Assembly: GCA_002408285.1 (NCBI GenBank)
Contig: DHRG01000026.1
Location: forward strand, 20,460 to 84,459
Reading direction: 5' to 3'
Source: Peptococcaceae bacterium UBA5318
Lineage (GTDB): Bacteria > Bacillota > Peptococcia > DRI-13 > UBA5318
DNA length: 64,000 bases
Shown here: positions 30,470 through 40,751 of the stretch, piece by piece
Layout of the letters: the number at the start of each line of letters is the position of its first letter
How positions within the stretch are numbered: position 1 is the first letter of the stretch
Translations under genes and position numbers: made by a program
The notes under the pieces: generated by a model
Databases searched by the model: none
Seen by the model: only the letters and a program-made list of their open reading frames with translations
Told to the model about the DNA's origin: nothing

Positions 30470-31408
30470 ATGGATTGGCAGGAAATAAAAGTTACCGCCG
30501 AACCGGAGGCCATTGAGGCCGTGAGTGATGTTTTTTACCAGTTGGGTTCCGGCGGGGTGGTCATTGAAGACCCCGAACTCTTGAAAAAGATGGCGTCCAG
30601 CGGGCTCTGGGACGCCTGTGAGCTTTCGCCCGACTCCTTTTGCCAGGCCTGTCCTGTCGTGAAGGGGTATTTCCCTATGAACGAGAAGTTACCTGCTAAA
30701 ATAGAGGAATTGAAAAGGGAAATCACAGAAATTGCCGCCCGCCTGGGCCAAAAACCAGGCGAGCTGACCGTAGCTGTAGTCCGGGAGGAAGACTGGGCCA
30801 ATTCCTGGAAAGCCTATTTTAAACCGGTCCATATCGGACGGCATTTCGTGATACGGCCTACCTGGGAGCCGTATTGCGCCCGGAAAGGGGATATTGTGAT
30901 CGATCTGGATCCCGGGATGGCTTTCGGTACGGGAAATCATGTTACAACCGTCATGTGCGCCGGTTTTCTGGAGAAATACTGTCGGCCGGGATTTCAGGTT
31001 TTTGACGTGGGGTGCGGTACAGGTATTTTGGCGATGTTTGCCGCACGTTTGGGAGCCGCGCCGGTTTTAGCGCTGGATTTTGATCCTGTAGCCGTTAAAG
31101 TAGCCCAGGAAAATATCCGGCTCAATCGGCTGCAAGAGCATATCCGGGTACGGCAGAACGATTTATTGACGGGGGTTGAAGGAAAGGCCGACCTGATTGC
31201 CGCTAATATTATCGCGGATATTATCATCAGACTATTTCCCCAGGTGAAGCAACGCTTACAGCCAGGGGGTGTTTTTATAGCTTCCGGGATTATCGGCGGG
31301 CGGAAAGCGGATGTCGCGCAAGCTGCCGGGCAGTTGGGTTTTATCCTGGCGGCAGAGGATGAGCGGGAAGATTGGGTGGCGCAAGTATGGAAGCTGAAGG
31401 GGTGTTAA
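30470..31408 (+). CDS. prmA: ribosomal protein L11 methyltransferase
   Basis: PrmA architecture with SAM motif VFDVGCGTGILA. Position after dnaJ. Confidence 0.9.
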   Translation: MDWQEIKVTAEPEAIEAVSDVFYQLGSGGVVIEDPELLKKMASSGLWDACELSPDSFCQACPVVKGYFPMNEKLPAKIEELKREITEIAARLGQKPGELTVAVVREEDWANSWKAYFKPVHIGRHFVIRPTWEPYCARKGDIVIDLDPGMAFGTGNHVTTVMCAGFLEKYCRPGFQVFDVGCGTGILAMFAARLGAAPVLALDFDPVAVKVAQENIRLNRLQEHIRVRQNDLLTGVEGKADLIAANIIADIIIRLFPQVKQRLQPGGVFIASGIIGGRKADVAQAAGQLGFILAAEDEREDWVAQVWKLKGC

Positions 31409-31409
31409 A

Positions 31410-32162
31410 GTGCACCGTTTTTATGTTCCTCCAGAGAGGATCCGGGAATCTAAAGCCTGGGTCAGGGGAGATGAATTACGGCATTTAGCCAGGGTTTTGC
31501 GCTTAGAAACACAAGACCCTGTGATTATATTTGATGGTTTGGGCCAGGAGTATCAGGGCGTTATTATTTCTCTCACCGAAGAGGAAGCCCTGGTGCAGGT
31601 GGCACAAGCCGTCCGCTTGCCCAGGGAGAGCCCGCTTGCGGTCTGGCTGGTCCAGGGCCTTCCCAAAGGTGATAAAATGGAATGGATCATCCAGAAAACA
31701 ACAGAGTTGGGAATTCGGGGCATAGTGCCTTTGGAGGCCTCGCGCAGTATTGTGAAATTAACGGGTAAAAAAAGGCTGGAACGTGAAGACCGTTGGCGGA
31801 AAGTGGCGACGGAGGCGGCCAAACAGTGCCGCCGGGCCTTGATCCCCGCCATCGGTCACATACAGACATTAACTCTTTTTTTGCAGAATCTGCCTCCGGA
31901 CTGCCTGTTGGTGATCCCCTGGGAAGAAGGAGGGCGCCCTCTCAAAAAGGTTTTGGAGGAGAAGGGATCGGGTGCTGTCCTCCCTAAAACTGTCTATATC
32001 TTGATCGGACCGGAAGGCGGGTTGGAGGAGAGCGAGGTAGCCCTGGCCCAAAGCTACGGGGGTATTCCTGTGACACTGGGTCCGCGCATTTTACGCACTG
32101 AAACGGCTGGGCTGATAACAGCAGCCTTGTTTTTGTACCAGTGGGGGGACTTGGGGGGATGA
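31410..32162 (+). CDS. rsmE: 16S rRNA (uracil1498-N3)-methyltransferase
   Basis: RsmE/SPOUT family (MHRFYV..., LIGPEGG, LGPRILRTETA). GTG start. Confidence 0.85.
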   Translation: MHRFYVPPERIRESKAWVRGDELRHLARVLRLETQDPVIIFDGLGQEYQGVIISLTEEEALVQVAQAVRLPRESPLAVWLVQGLPKGDKMEWIIQKTTELGIRGIVPLEASRSIVKLTGKKRLEREDRWRKVATEAAKQCRRALIPAIGHIQTLTLFLQNLPPDCLLVIPWEEGGRPLKKVLEEKGSGAVLPKTVYILIGPEGGLEESEVALAQSYGGIPVTLGPRILRTETAGLITAALFLYQWGDLGG

Positions 32163-33481
32163 AAATGGCCGGCAGGGCAGCTTTTTATACTTTGGGCTGT
32201 AAGGTCAATCAGAATGAAACGGAAAATCTGGCCGCTTTATTCAGGGAGCGGGGGTACGAAATCGTGGACCCTAAAGAAGAGGCGGACGTCTATATCCTGA
32301 ACACCTGTACTGTAACCCATTTGGCTGACAGGAAGTCGCGGAATTTTATCCGCAGGGCTGTTAAGGCCAATCCGCAGGCGAAGGTGGTGGTGATGGGCTG
32401 TTACGCTCAGATATCGCCCCAGGAAATAAGGAAAATCCCCGGCGTTTCTTTGGTAGTGGGCACCAGCGAAAGAACGCGGATCCTGGAATGGCTCGATAGT
32501 CATCAGGACAAAAGGGGACCCGCGTGTCTGGTACGTGATATTCGGGAGCAAAAAAAATTCGACGAAATCTTTGAAGAGGTTGAGCCTGATAAAGTCAGTG
32601 AACGGGCCAGAGCATATTTGAAAATCCAGGAAGGCTGCGACCAGTATTGTTCTTATTGTATTATTCCTTACGCCCGCGGGCCTGTGCGGAGCCGTACCCT
32701 GGAAAGCACTCTGCGGGCAGCCGGGGCGCTCATTAAGGCGGGCTATAAAGAAATTGTGCTCACAGGGATCCATTTGGGGGCTTACGGAAGTGATTTTGCT
32801 GGGAAGATCCGCCTGGAGGCGCTCTTAGAGAAGTTATTGTCAATTACGCCGGAAGTCCGCTGGCGGCTAAGTTCCCTGGAGCCGACCGAGGTGAGCCGGG
32901 ACCTGGTGGATTTGATGGCCAGCCATAAAAATTTTTGCCCGCACCTCCATTTGCCGCTGCAGAGCGGGCATGACGAGATCCTGCGGGCGATGAACCGTCC
33001 CTATACGACAGCTGATTATCAGGAGGTGCTTCGTCAGGTAAGAAAGAGGATACCGGGTATTTGCATTACGACGGATATTATGGTAGGATTTCCCGGAGAA
33101 ACTGATAAGCATTTTCAAGCTTATCTTGAATTTACAGCTAAGATGGCTTTTAGTAATATGCATGTATTTCAATATTCCCCGCGCCGCGGCACCCAAGCGG
33201 CGGGTTTTCCCTATCAGATCCCTTCTCCTGCAAAGGAGGCCCGCAGCCGTCAATTACTGGAATTAGCTTCGGCCATGGCCCATGAGTATGCCCGCGGTTT
33301 TTTGGGAAAAACGCTTCAAATCCTGGCGGAAACGAAGGTGGACGAAGCGCTTTGGGAAGGGCACAGCGACAATTATCTAAAAGTCGCTTTTTCTTCCGAG
33401 AAAGTTCAGAGAGGGGAGATTGTCCCAATTACCTTGCTGAAAGCGGAAGGGAAAAATTGCCAGGGGGTAATCGCCATCTGA
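32159..33481 (+). CDS. mtaB: tRNA t6A37 methylthiotransferase MtaB (MiaB-like radical SAM)
   Basis: UPF0004 N-domain (FYTLGCKVNQ), radical SAM CDQYCSYCIIP, and a TRAM-like C-terminus. ATGA overlap with the rsmE stop. Confidence 0.85.
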   Translation: MKMAGRAAFYTLGCKVNQNETENLAALFRERGYEIVDPKEEADVYILNTCTVTHLADRKSRNFIRRAVKANPQAKVVVMGCYAQISPQEIRKIPGVSLVVGTSERTRILEWLDSHQDKRGPACLVRDIREQKKFDEIFEEVEPDKVSERARAYLKIQEGCDQYCSYCIIPYARGPVRSRTLESTLRAAGALIKAGYKEIVLTGIHLGAYGSDFAGKIRLEALLEKLLSITPEVRWRLSSLEPTEVSRDLVDLMASHKNFCPHLHLPLQSGHDEILRAMNRPYTTADYQEVLRQVRKRIPGICITTDIMVGFPGETDKHFQAYLEFTAKMAFSNMHVFQYSPRRGTQAAGFPYQIPSPAKEARSRQLLELASAMAHEYARGFLGKTLQILAETKVDEALWEGHSDNYLKVAFSSEKVQRGEIVPITLLKAEGKNCQGVIAI

Positions 33482-33512
33482 AAAAAAAATTATGATACGA
33501 GGGGGTGTTAAA

Positions 33513-33854
33513 GTGTCGGACTGCATTTTTTGTAAAATCGTCCAAGGAGAGATCCCTTCCAAAAAGGTCTATGAAGATGACCGGGCAGTGGCTTTTCATG
33601 ATCTCAATCCCGCCGCGCCGCTTCATATTCTGGTTATTCCGAAGGCGCATATCAGGAACCTGGCTGAATTACAGGATGACCAGTTGGGACTGGTCGGCCA
33701 TATTCACGGGGTCATACGGGATTTGGCGAAGGAATTTGGCCTACAAAAGGGCTATCGCGTTGTCAACAACAATGGTCAGGATGGGGGGCAATCGGTGGAA
33801 CATCTGCATTTCCATTTATTGGGCGGCAGAAGCCTGCAATGGCCTCCAGGTTAA
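33513..33854 (+). CDS. HIT family (histidine triad) hydrolase
   Basis: CIFCKI... plus the HxHxHxx motif (HLHFHLLGG). GTG start after GAGGGGG. Confidence 0.85.
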   Translation: MSDCIFCKIVQGEIPSKKVYEDDRAVAFHDLNPAAPLHILVIPKAHIRNLAELQDDQLGLVGHIHGVIRDLAKEFGLQKGYRVVNNNGQDGGQSVEHLHFHLLGGRSLQWPPG

Positions 33855-33857
33855 TCC

Positions 33858-33886
33858 TTGACCCACTTTGCGTGTTGCAGTATAAT
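33858..33886 (+). promoter_or_regulatory. sigma-A-type promoter for rpsU
   Basis: TTGACC, 17-nt spacer, TATAAT (33881-33886). Confidence 0.6.
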
Positions 33887-33985
33887 AAAGAATGTGTAAT
33901 TTTAGCTCTAATCCCACTTTTCCTGTTACAAGGAAAGCAGCATGATTTGCAGCAAGACGGTCATTAGTGGAGGGAGGGAAAATGT

Positions 33986-34162
33986 ATGAGTGAAGTGAGA
34001 GTTGGTAAAAACGAATCTCTCGACAGTGCACTCCGCCGCTTCAAACGCACCTGCCAGAAAGCCGGCGTTCTATCAGAAGTTAGAAAACGCGAGCACTATG
34101 AGAAGCCAAGCGTTAAGAAAAAGAAAAAGTCAGAAGCAGCCAGAAAGCGTAAGTTTAAATAG
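33986..34162 (+). CDS. rpsU: 30S ribosomal protein S21 (58 aa; not in ORF track)
   Basis: Hand translation: [71 protein letters not shown]. Confidence 0.92.
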   Translation: MSEVRVGKNESLDSALRRFKRTCQKAGVLSEVRKREHYEKPSVKKKKKSEAARKRKFK

Positions 34163-34346
34163 GGCTACCAGAGCAGTTGAATAACTACAACAGGAAATTG
34201 TTATTTTTAAGGGAATATCTCCCCCGACAAATGACCGCAAAATAAATTGTTGCCCTCGACTGGTCAATGAAACCGCTAAAAATTTAAACGGTGTATAAAA
34301 AAACAGCCTACCAAGGCACGCTTTAATAAGGAAATTTACTGAACCG

Positions 34347-34392
34347 TACCCAAATAAATACGAAAAAGATACCCAAATAAATACGAAAAAGC
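34347..34392. repeat. 23-nt tandem duplication (TACCCAAATAAATACGAAAAAGA x2)
   Basis: Two adjacent copies read directly from the sequence, next to the convergent terminator. Confidence 0.85.
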
Positions 34393-34395
34393 AAG

Positions 34396-34428
34396 AGATG
34401 CGCTGTCCCGTAAGGAACAGCGCATCTT
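34396..34428. terminator. bidirectional stem-loop between rpsU and the convergent hydrolase gene
   Basis: AGATGCGCTGT / ACAGCGCATCT 11-bp stem with an 11-nt loop. Confidence 0.55.
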
Positions 34429-34451
34429 GCAATAATATCAATAATATATTG

Positions 34452-35936
34452 TCAGCGACAACTCTTTCTGTCTGTGAACAGTGCCGACAACAGCAGGATA
34501 ATCGCCAGAGCAAACGCTGAAATACCAAGCCATAGGGATGCTCTCGGGAACACTGACGTAAGAAACAAATATTTCTGACAAAGACACCAGGTAAGACCGC
34601 CCATAATGATAAAAGACGCGCCGGCCAGCGTAATACGCAGCGGAGTAGAGTTCTTTAAGAGCAGGGCCGTTTCTTTATGCTTTCTGTTCATAATACCGGT
34701 TGTCAGACGCAGCGTCTGCAGGAGCGCCGCTGACCAGATCAAGCCTATGATAGTCCATATTCCGTATTTGCCCCAAATAATCCGGCTCATGCCAACCGAT
34801 CCAAACCCCCGCCACTTTGCCCAATCACTCAGAAGACAGGCGATAAACGGCCAGCTTCTTTGGCTGTTCGTAAGTATCACGATGGCGTCGCCGGTTTCAG
34901 GTACTGTCTGAAAATGGGTCATGATACCGCTGCCTTGTCCTCCATGGGAGATTGCCTGTTTGCCGTTCGGCAGCGTTTCAATGTAGTGACCCAAGCCATA
35001 GGCGTCAAACACCAGTCCATATATGCCTATGTCATGGCTGACCGGCGTATACAGGGCATCTATATCGCCGGGGTTGAGTACCTGTTTACCCTGGGGTACG
35101 TCCTTCATCCCGGCGATAGTAAACGCGGCGATATCCTCCGCTGTGGAGAAGAGTCCGCCCGAGGCCTTTTCCGGATACACATAAACCGGGACCGGTTTTC
35201 CGTCCAAGTTGTATCCTACGGGAACGGCGGGGTCAAGTGTTTCGCTCCAGACAAAGGTTGAGCGGTACATTTCCAACGGTTTCAAAATTTCCTGCTCCAT
35301 ATACCCGGCGAAGGACTGTCCGGTAACTTCTTCGATAAGCAGTTCCAACAGGTTATAGCCTGTATTGGAATAGGAAAAGGTTCTGCCCGGCTCTCTGATA
35401 AACACAGCTTCTTCCAGGAGCTTTTCTTCCAGCGAAGGCATAGCCTCTCCGGGAGCGTATATGGTAAACACATCTCCCAACGGCAATCCCGCTGTATGAC
35501 TTAAAAGATGCCGAATCGTCACCCGCTCCGCCGAAGTGCCGGATGAGGGGAAACGCCAGGTTTTTAAGTACTGCTTTACGGGAGCGTTCAGTTCAATTTT
35601 CCCCTGTTCCGCCAGTTTCATAACGCCCCAGGCGGTGACAGATTTAGAGATGGACTGCACTCGCATCGGTGTGTCGGTAGTCAGCTTTCTCCCGGTTTCC
35701 ATGTCGGCATACCCATACGCCTCCGACCAGACAAGCTCGCCGCCTTTTACAAGCGCCATACTGCTTCCGGGAATATGATAAAGCTCCATCAGCGCGGGAA
35801 TTCGCCCGTTAAGGTGTGCGATGAATTGGTCCAGAGGAGCATGTGGCTCCGCTGTCTTTTTAATTGTATTCAGACCCGAAGCGGCAAGCGCCAGAATAAA
35901 CGATATAATTAGTGCGACCGTTATCCATATCCGCAT
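34452..35936 (-). CDS. serine hydrolase (beta-lactamase/PBP4-like, class C fold) with C-terminal multi-TM extension
   Basis: N-terminal TM or signal sequence, SxxK motif (QSISKSVTAWG), a YSN-type motif (FSYSNTGY), and about 4 hydrophobic helices in the last 130 aa or so. Confidence 0.8.
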   Translation of the reverse strand: MRIWITVALIISFILALAASGLNTIKKTAEPHAPLDQFIAHLNGRIPALMELYHIPGSSMALVKGGELVWSEAYGYADMETGRKLTTDTPMRVQSISKSVTAWGVMKLAEQGKIELNAPVKQYLKTWRFPSSGTSAERVTIRHLLSHTAGLPLGDVFTIYAPGEAMPSLEEKLLEEAVFIREPGRTFSYSNTGYNLLELLIEEVTGQSFAGYMEQEILKPLEMYRSTFVWSETLDPAVPVGYNLDGKPVPVYVYPEKASGGLFSTAEDIAAFTIAGMKDVPQGKQVLNPGDIDALYTPVSHDIGIYGLVFDAYGLGHYIETLPNGKQAISHGGQGSGIMTHFQTVPETGDAIVILTNSQRSWPFIACLLSDWAKWRGFGSVGMSRIIWGKYGIWTIIGLIWSAALLQTLRLTTGIMNRKHKETALLLKNSTPLRITLAGASFIIMGGLTWCLCQKYLFLTSVFPRASLWLGISAFALAIILLLSALFTDRKSCR

Positions 35937-35943
35937 TTTTGAT

Positions 35944-36363
35944 TTACTCCATAACGTCTTTGACGCTTTCCACGGTAATCCAATCGTCCATATTTTTCTC
36001 GCGCACGTATGAAAACGGTTTGATTTCCTGTACGTCCTTTAGTTCGATCAGACACAGATACCGTTTTCCGGTCCACCGCTTCTTCTGGGCTTCGGTCAGC
36101 TTCAATTGATTCATATTTTCTTCGATGATCCGCCCGGATTCCTCCGGGGTCAGCTTATCCGAGTGAAATGCATTTGATACTGTTCCTTGGGCGCGGATAG
36201 TGCCGCTGCTGTCATTTTCCAACAGGTATACAACTTCTCCTTCAGCCACCCTGCCGTGGGGGAGCTTTCTGCCCGCTGCGCCCCGTATCAGCATGGTCTT
36301 ACTGCCGTTAAGCAGGTTTTGCAGTTCTTTTGCTTTGGCGTCACAATATGCAATATGTTCCAT
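35944..36363 (-). CDS. ASCH/PUA-like domain protein (tentative)
   Basis: 139 aa. Start at MEHIAYCD with an AGGAGGAAAT RBS. The domain assignment is by overall resemblance only. Confidence 0.45.
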   Translation of the reverse strand: MEHIAYCDAKAKELQNLLNGSKTMLIRGAAGRKLPHGRVAEGEVVYLLENDSSGTIRAQGTVSNAFHSDKLTPEESGRIIEENMNQLKLTEAQKKRWTGKRYLCLIELKDVQEIKPFSYVREKNMDDWITVESVKDVME

Positions 36364-36467
36364 ATTTCCTCCTTTTTTATGCCTGTCACTCATTCCGTCC
36401 GATGCTTTTTAGACGCATCAGCCGCTAATATGCTTGCCCAAGCTTAGCCGGCGGAACGAATAAAAGT

Positions 36468-36479
36468 AAAGTTAACTTT
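36468..36479. promoter_or_regulatory. perfect 12-bp palindrome AAAGTTAACTTT
   Basis: Read directly. It shares the AAGTTAACTT core with the palindrome at 36511. Confidence 0.4.
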
Positions 36480-36510
36480 CCATTTTATTCTATCTATAAA
36501 ATGATATTCC

Positions 36511-36526
36511 GTCAAGTTAACTTGAC
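36511..36526. promoter_or_regulatory. perfect 16-bp palindrome GTCAAGTTAACTTGAC
   Basis: Read directly. It overlaps a TTGACC -35-like hexamer about 100 nt upstream of ilvD. Confidence 0.45.
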
Positions 36527-36622
36527 CAAAACGGCGGCAACTTCAATTTGCTTTCTTTGTAATACAATGAAACGTTATAATATAATAAAGGAGTATACAA
36601 TAATGATTTAAAGGAGGAATTG

Positions 36623-38305
36623 ATGTTGGAGAATCTGTTGAGAAGCAAACAACTATCCGCAGGGGTTGAAAGGGCCGCTCACCGTGCGATCTTGCATTGT
36701 GTCGGCTTACAGTCGGAGGATTTTAATAAACCATTAATAGCGGTCGTTAATTCCTGGAATGAAATCGTTCCGGGACATATCCATCTTCAGGGCATTGCCA
36801 AATACGTTAAACAAGGGATCACCGAGAGCGGAGGAGTCCCTCTGGAATTTAACACGATCGCCCTTTGCGACGGTTTGTGCCAGGGTCATACAGGGATGAG
36901 GTATCCTCTGCCCAGCAGGGATCTTATTGCGGATTCCATTGAAATGATGGTGGAAGCTCATCAATTTGACGGGATGGTCATGATCCCCGGATGTGATAAA
37001 ACCGTACCTGCGCATATTATGGCTGCTTTGAGGATCAATATTCCTACCGTGATCGTTACGGCAGGGCCAATGGAGCCGGGAAATTATCAGGAATTCAATA
37101 ATATTACTCTTACCGATATGAGGGAATATATAGGGAAGGTGCAAACCGGCCGGATGGCGATGTCCGATTTGACAGAAATAGAAAAAAGGGCTTTGCCTGG
37201 TCCCGGCACATGCGCCATGCTGGCTACGGCAAATACCATGGGGCTGTTGACGGAGGTTCTGGGACTCACACTTTCAGGGGTTACGGCTATTCCGGCCATA
37301 AAATCCGCGAAATGGCAGATGGCTCGCGCCTCCGGCAGAAAGGTGCTCGAATTGCTGCAAAAAGGAATAACCCCCAGAATGATTGTCAATCAGGATGCTA
37401 TCACCAATGCCATTGCGGCGGATATGGCTATAGGGGGTTCCACCAACAGCGTTTTACACCTTATGGCTATCGCTAAGGAAGCAGGTCTGTCCCTTGACCT
37501 GGCGGAGTTTGACAGAATAAGCAGGGAAGTTCCCCATATTTGCGACTTGAAGCCTTCCGGGAAATACCCCACGGTTTATTTTTATGAGGAAGGCGGGGTT
37601 CCCGCTTTATTAAAGGTTTTGGAACCTTTTCTTAAAACGGAGCAGCTCACCGCAAACGGCTTGACGCTGAAGGAAACTCTGGAAAAGGTGGAAATGAGTC
37701 CGGGTAAAATCATCAGGCCTTTAGACAATCCTTTGCATAAAGAGGGTGGGATCGCTGTCCTGAAAGGTAATCTGGCGCCTGACGGGGCTGTCGTGAAACA
37801 ATCCGGGGTAAAACCCGGTATGTATTATTTTACCGGATCAGCCAGAGTGTTCAATTCTATGGAGGAAGCGGTTAAAGCGGTCGTAAATGATGTTATTGAA
37901 GCAGGCGACGTTATTGTAGTCCGGTATGAAGGCCCTAAAGGCGGCCCGGGCATGAGAGAAATGCATATGATAACTTCTCTGATCGTTGGCCGGGGGATGG
38001 ATGAAAGTGTTGCCCTAATTACCGACGGACGGTTTTCAGGGTCTACCAGAGGGCCGGCTATAGGCCATATATCGCCGGAAGCGGCAGCCGGAGGGCCCAT
38101 TGCCGCAATCCGGGACGGAGACCGCATCACGATTGACATTCCCAACAGGAAGCTCGATCTTGGGGTGAGTGATGAAGAGTTGAGGGAGCGCTTAAAACAC
38201 GTGGTCCATCCTGTCAAAGCACGGCATGGGGCTCTGGCCAGGTATGCCGAACTGGTTACATCCGCAGATAAAGGCGCTGTTTTAGTTGCGCGGGAAATAC
38301 TTTAA
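36623..38305 (+). CDS. ilvD: dihydroxy-acid dehydratase
   Basis: IlvD/Edd family (PLIAVVNSWNEIVPGH, CDGLCQG, GCDKTVP, TDGRFSG). Confidence 0.9.
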   Translation: MLENLLRSKQLSAGVERAAHRAILHCVGLQSEDFNKPLIAVVNSWNEIVPGHIHLQGIAKYVKQGITESGGVPLEFNTIALCDGLCQGHTGMRYPLPSRDLIADSIEMMVEAHQFDGMVMIPGCDKTVPAHIMAALRINIPTVIVTAGPMEPGNYQEFNNITLTDMREYIGKVQTGRMAMSDLTEIEKRALPGPGTCAMLATANTMGLLTEVLGLTLSGVTAIPAIKSAKWQMARASGRKVLELLQKGITPRMIVNQDAITNAIAADMAIGGSTNSVLHLMAIAKEAGLSLDLAEFDRISREVPHICDLKPSGKYPTVYFYEEGGVPALLKVLEPFLKTEQLTANGLTLKETLEKVEMSPGKIIRPLDNPLHKEGGIAVLKGNLAPDGAVVKQSGVKPGMYYFTGSARVFNSMEEAVKAVVNDVIEAGDVIVVRYEGPKGGPGMREMHMITSLIVGRGMDESVALITDGRFSGSTRGPAIGHISPEAAAGGPIAAIRDGDRITIDIPNRKLDLGVSDEELRERLKHVVHPVKARHGALARYAELVTSADKGAVLVAREIL

Positions 38306-38376
38306 TTAAAATACAGGAATTTATCACTAACGGCGAGAATAAATGAGTAAAGAGGTTTAGCGGAAGGGGTGAGTCA

Positions 38377-39706
38377 ATGAAAAAACGAAGGGTCATAATC
38401 AGGCTGTTATTGATCTGCCTGTTGCTGTTGCTTTATGGAGTGCAGTTATTGGCCGGGACTGCACAAAATGTATATGTCATACCTGTCAAGGAAACCATAG
38501 ATCCGGGGTTGGCGAAATTCGTGGAAAGAAGCTACCAGGAGGCGCAAGAACTCCAGGCGGAGATGGTGCTTCTGGAAGTGGATACCCCCCGGCGGACGGG
38601 TGGATGCAGCTTTGCAGATCCGCGATGTGATCCGTCAAAGTTCCATACCTACGACAGCCTTGGTCCAGGGCGGGGCTATTTCCGCCGGGGCGTTGGTGAC
38701 GTTAGCCTGCCAACAGATCGCCATGGTCCCGGGATCCACCATCGGAGATGCTGAGCCCCGGGTGGGAAATGAGAGGGCTGATGAAAAGTATGTTTCATAC
38801 TGGGCTAAGGAATTGTCCTCCACAGCTCAAGCCAACGGACGCGACCCCCTGATTGCTGTAGCCATGGCCGACCGGGATGCCGGTTATCCGGGCCTGGCGG
38901 AAAAAGGGAAGCTTTTGACCCTGACTTATGTGGAAGCCGAAAAGGTTGGGTATACCGATTTTGTGGTGAAGGACCGCAGTGAACTCTTAACAAAATTAAG
39001 TCTTCAGGATGCCCAGATCATTGAAGCGAAGCTTTCCGCAGCGGAGAAAATCACCCGGATAGTTACGAATCCCTACGTAGCGCCGCTCCTTTTGACTTTG
39101 GGGATCGCCGGTATTATCATCGAGGTCTTTACCATCGGTTGGGGTATTGCAGGTACGGTAGGTGTGTTATCCCTGATCTTGTATTTTTGGGGTCATCTAC
39201 TGGCGGGATTCTCCGGCTGGGAAGCTATCCTGCTGTTTTTATTGGGAATTATCCTGTTGGCGGTGGAAGCCTTTATGCCCGGTTTTGGGATACCGGGATT
39301 TACGGGGATCGGCTGCATTTTTACGAGTATTGTACTGGCGGCCCCCAGTTGGGAAACAGGGCTGATCTCTCTTGTTATCGCTTTGGTGGGCAGCATCATC
39401 CTTTTGTTGATCAGCTTTAAGATTCTTACCAAAAGGAGATTTTGGGACCGCTTAATTTTGCGCTTCAAGTATGAGAAAGATACCGGCTATGTTCCCCAAA
39501 GCCGGGATCTGGGGGCCTTTGCCGGAAAACAGGGGACGGCTCTTACCACGCTGAGGCCTGCGGGTACAATGGAGCTTGAGGATGGAACGCGTCTGGATGT
39601 GGTAACAGAAGGCGAGTTTATTCCCCATGGGGAGAAAATCGAAGTAATCCGGGTCGAGGGCGCCCGGATCGTGGTTCGCGAAAAGAAAAATGAGGAGGGT
39701 CAATAA
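38377..39706 (+). pseudogene. nfeD: NfeD-family membrane protease, split by a +1 frameshift in a C6 run
   Basis: The two ORFs (38377-38754 and 38600-39706) join into one protein if one C is removed from CCCCCC at 38585-38590. That restores the ClpP-like motif EVDTPGGRVDAALQIRD. The N-terminal signal, serine-protease domain, TM block and C-terminal NfeD OB domain are all present. Confidence 0.8.
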
Positions 39707-40699
39707 ATGGGTGCTTTTATTTCTTTAATCATTATGTTTGCTCTGGTCTTTATCGGATTGGTCATACTATTAAGTTTTATTCCTGTGGGCTTGTGGATTT
39801 CAGCCATAGCCGCCGGGGTGAAGGTCGGAATATTTACGTTGGTGGGAATGCGTTTCCGCCGTGTGCCGCCCGGCTTGGTTGTCAATAATCTGATCAAGGC
39901 GGACAAAGCCGGTTTGAATGTGACTACCAACCAACTGGAAGCTCATTATCTGGCAGGCGGTAATCTGGACCGTGTCGTCAATGCCTTGATCGCGGCAGAA
40001 AGGGCGGCTATCCCTCTGCCCTTTGAAAGGGCCGCGGCTATTGATTTAGCGGGGCGGAATGTCTTGGAAGCGGTGCAGATGAGCGTTAATCCACGGGTCA
40101 TTGAAACTCCTCTCATTTCGGCAGTAGCCAAGGACGGGATCGAACTGCGGAGCAAAGCCCGGGTCACGGTGCGGGCTAACATTGACCGTCTGGTGGGCGG
40201 CGCCGGGGAAGAAACCATCATTGCCCGCGTGGGGGAAGGGATCGTTACCACAGTAGGTAGTTCAGAATCCCATAAACAAGTTTTAGAGAATCCTGATTCC
40301 ATTTCCCGTACTGTATTGGCCAAAGGGCTGGATGCGGGAACCGCTTTTGAAATCCTCTCCATTGATATTGCCGACGTTGATGTGGGCCGTAACATCGGGG
40401 CTCAGTTGCAGACAGACCAGGCCGAAGCCGATAAAAGGATCGCCCAGGCTAAAGCGGAAGAACGCCGGGCTTTGGCTGTTGCCCGGGAACAAGAAATGAG
40501 AGCTGCCACCCAGGAAATGAGAGCCAAGGTGGTGGAAGCGGAGGCCGAGGTGCCCAAAGCCATGGCCCAGGCTCTGCGCGAAGGAAAACTGGGTGTGATG
40601 GATTATTTTAATATGCAGAACGTCCAGGCCGACACCGGTATGAGGGAATCATTGGCTAAGTCGACTTCGCCGAACAACCCGGAAACCGGGAAGAAATAA
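39707..40699 (+). CDS. floA: flotillin-like protein FloA (YqfA)
   Basis: N-terminal hairpin TM, then an SPFH-like region and an E/A-rich coiled coil. Immediately follows nfeD, as in Bacillus. Confidence 0.85.
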   Translation: MGAFISLIIMFALVFIGLVILLSFIPVGLWISAIAAGVKVGIFTLVGMRFRRVPPGLVVNNLIKADKAGLNVTTNQLEAHYLAGGNLDRVVNALIAAERAAIPLPFERAAAIDLAGRNVLEAVQMSVNPRVIETPLISAVAKDGIELRSKARVTVRANIDRLVGGAGEETIIARVGEGIVTTVGSSESHKQVLENPDSISRTVLAKGLDAGTAFEILSIDIADVDVGRNIGAQLQTDQAEADKRIAQAKAEERRALAVAREQEMRAATQEMRAKVVEAEAEVPKAMAQALREGKLGVMDYFNMQNVQADTGMRESLAKSTSPNNPETGKK

Positions 40700-40751
40700 C
40701 CCAACCATCAACTAACAACGAACATTTAACAAATGAGAGGGGGGTTCCCCT

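Noticed and set aside
34002-34184. 60-aa ORF-track entry overlapping the rpsU locus.
   Set aside because: It is in the wrong frame. The true gene is the S21 frame at 33986-34162, which has a strong RBS.
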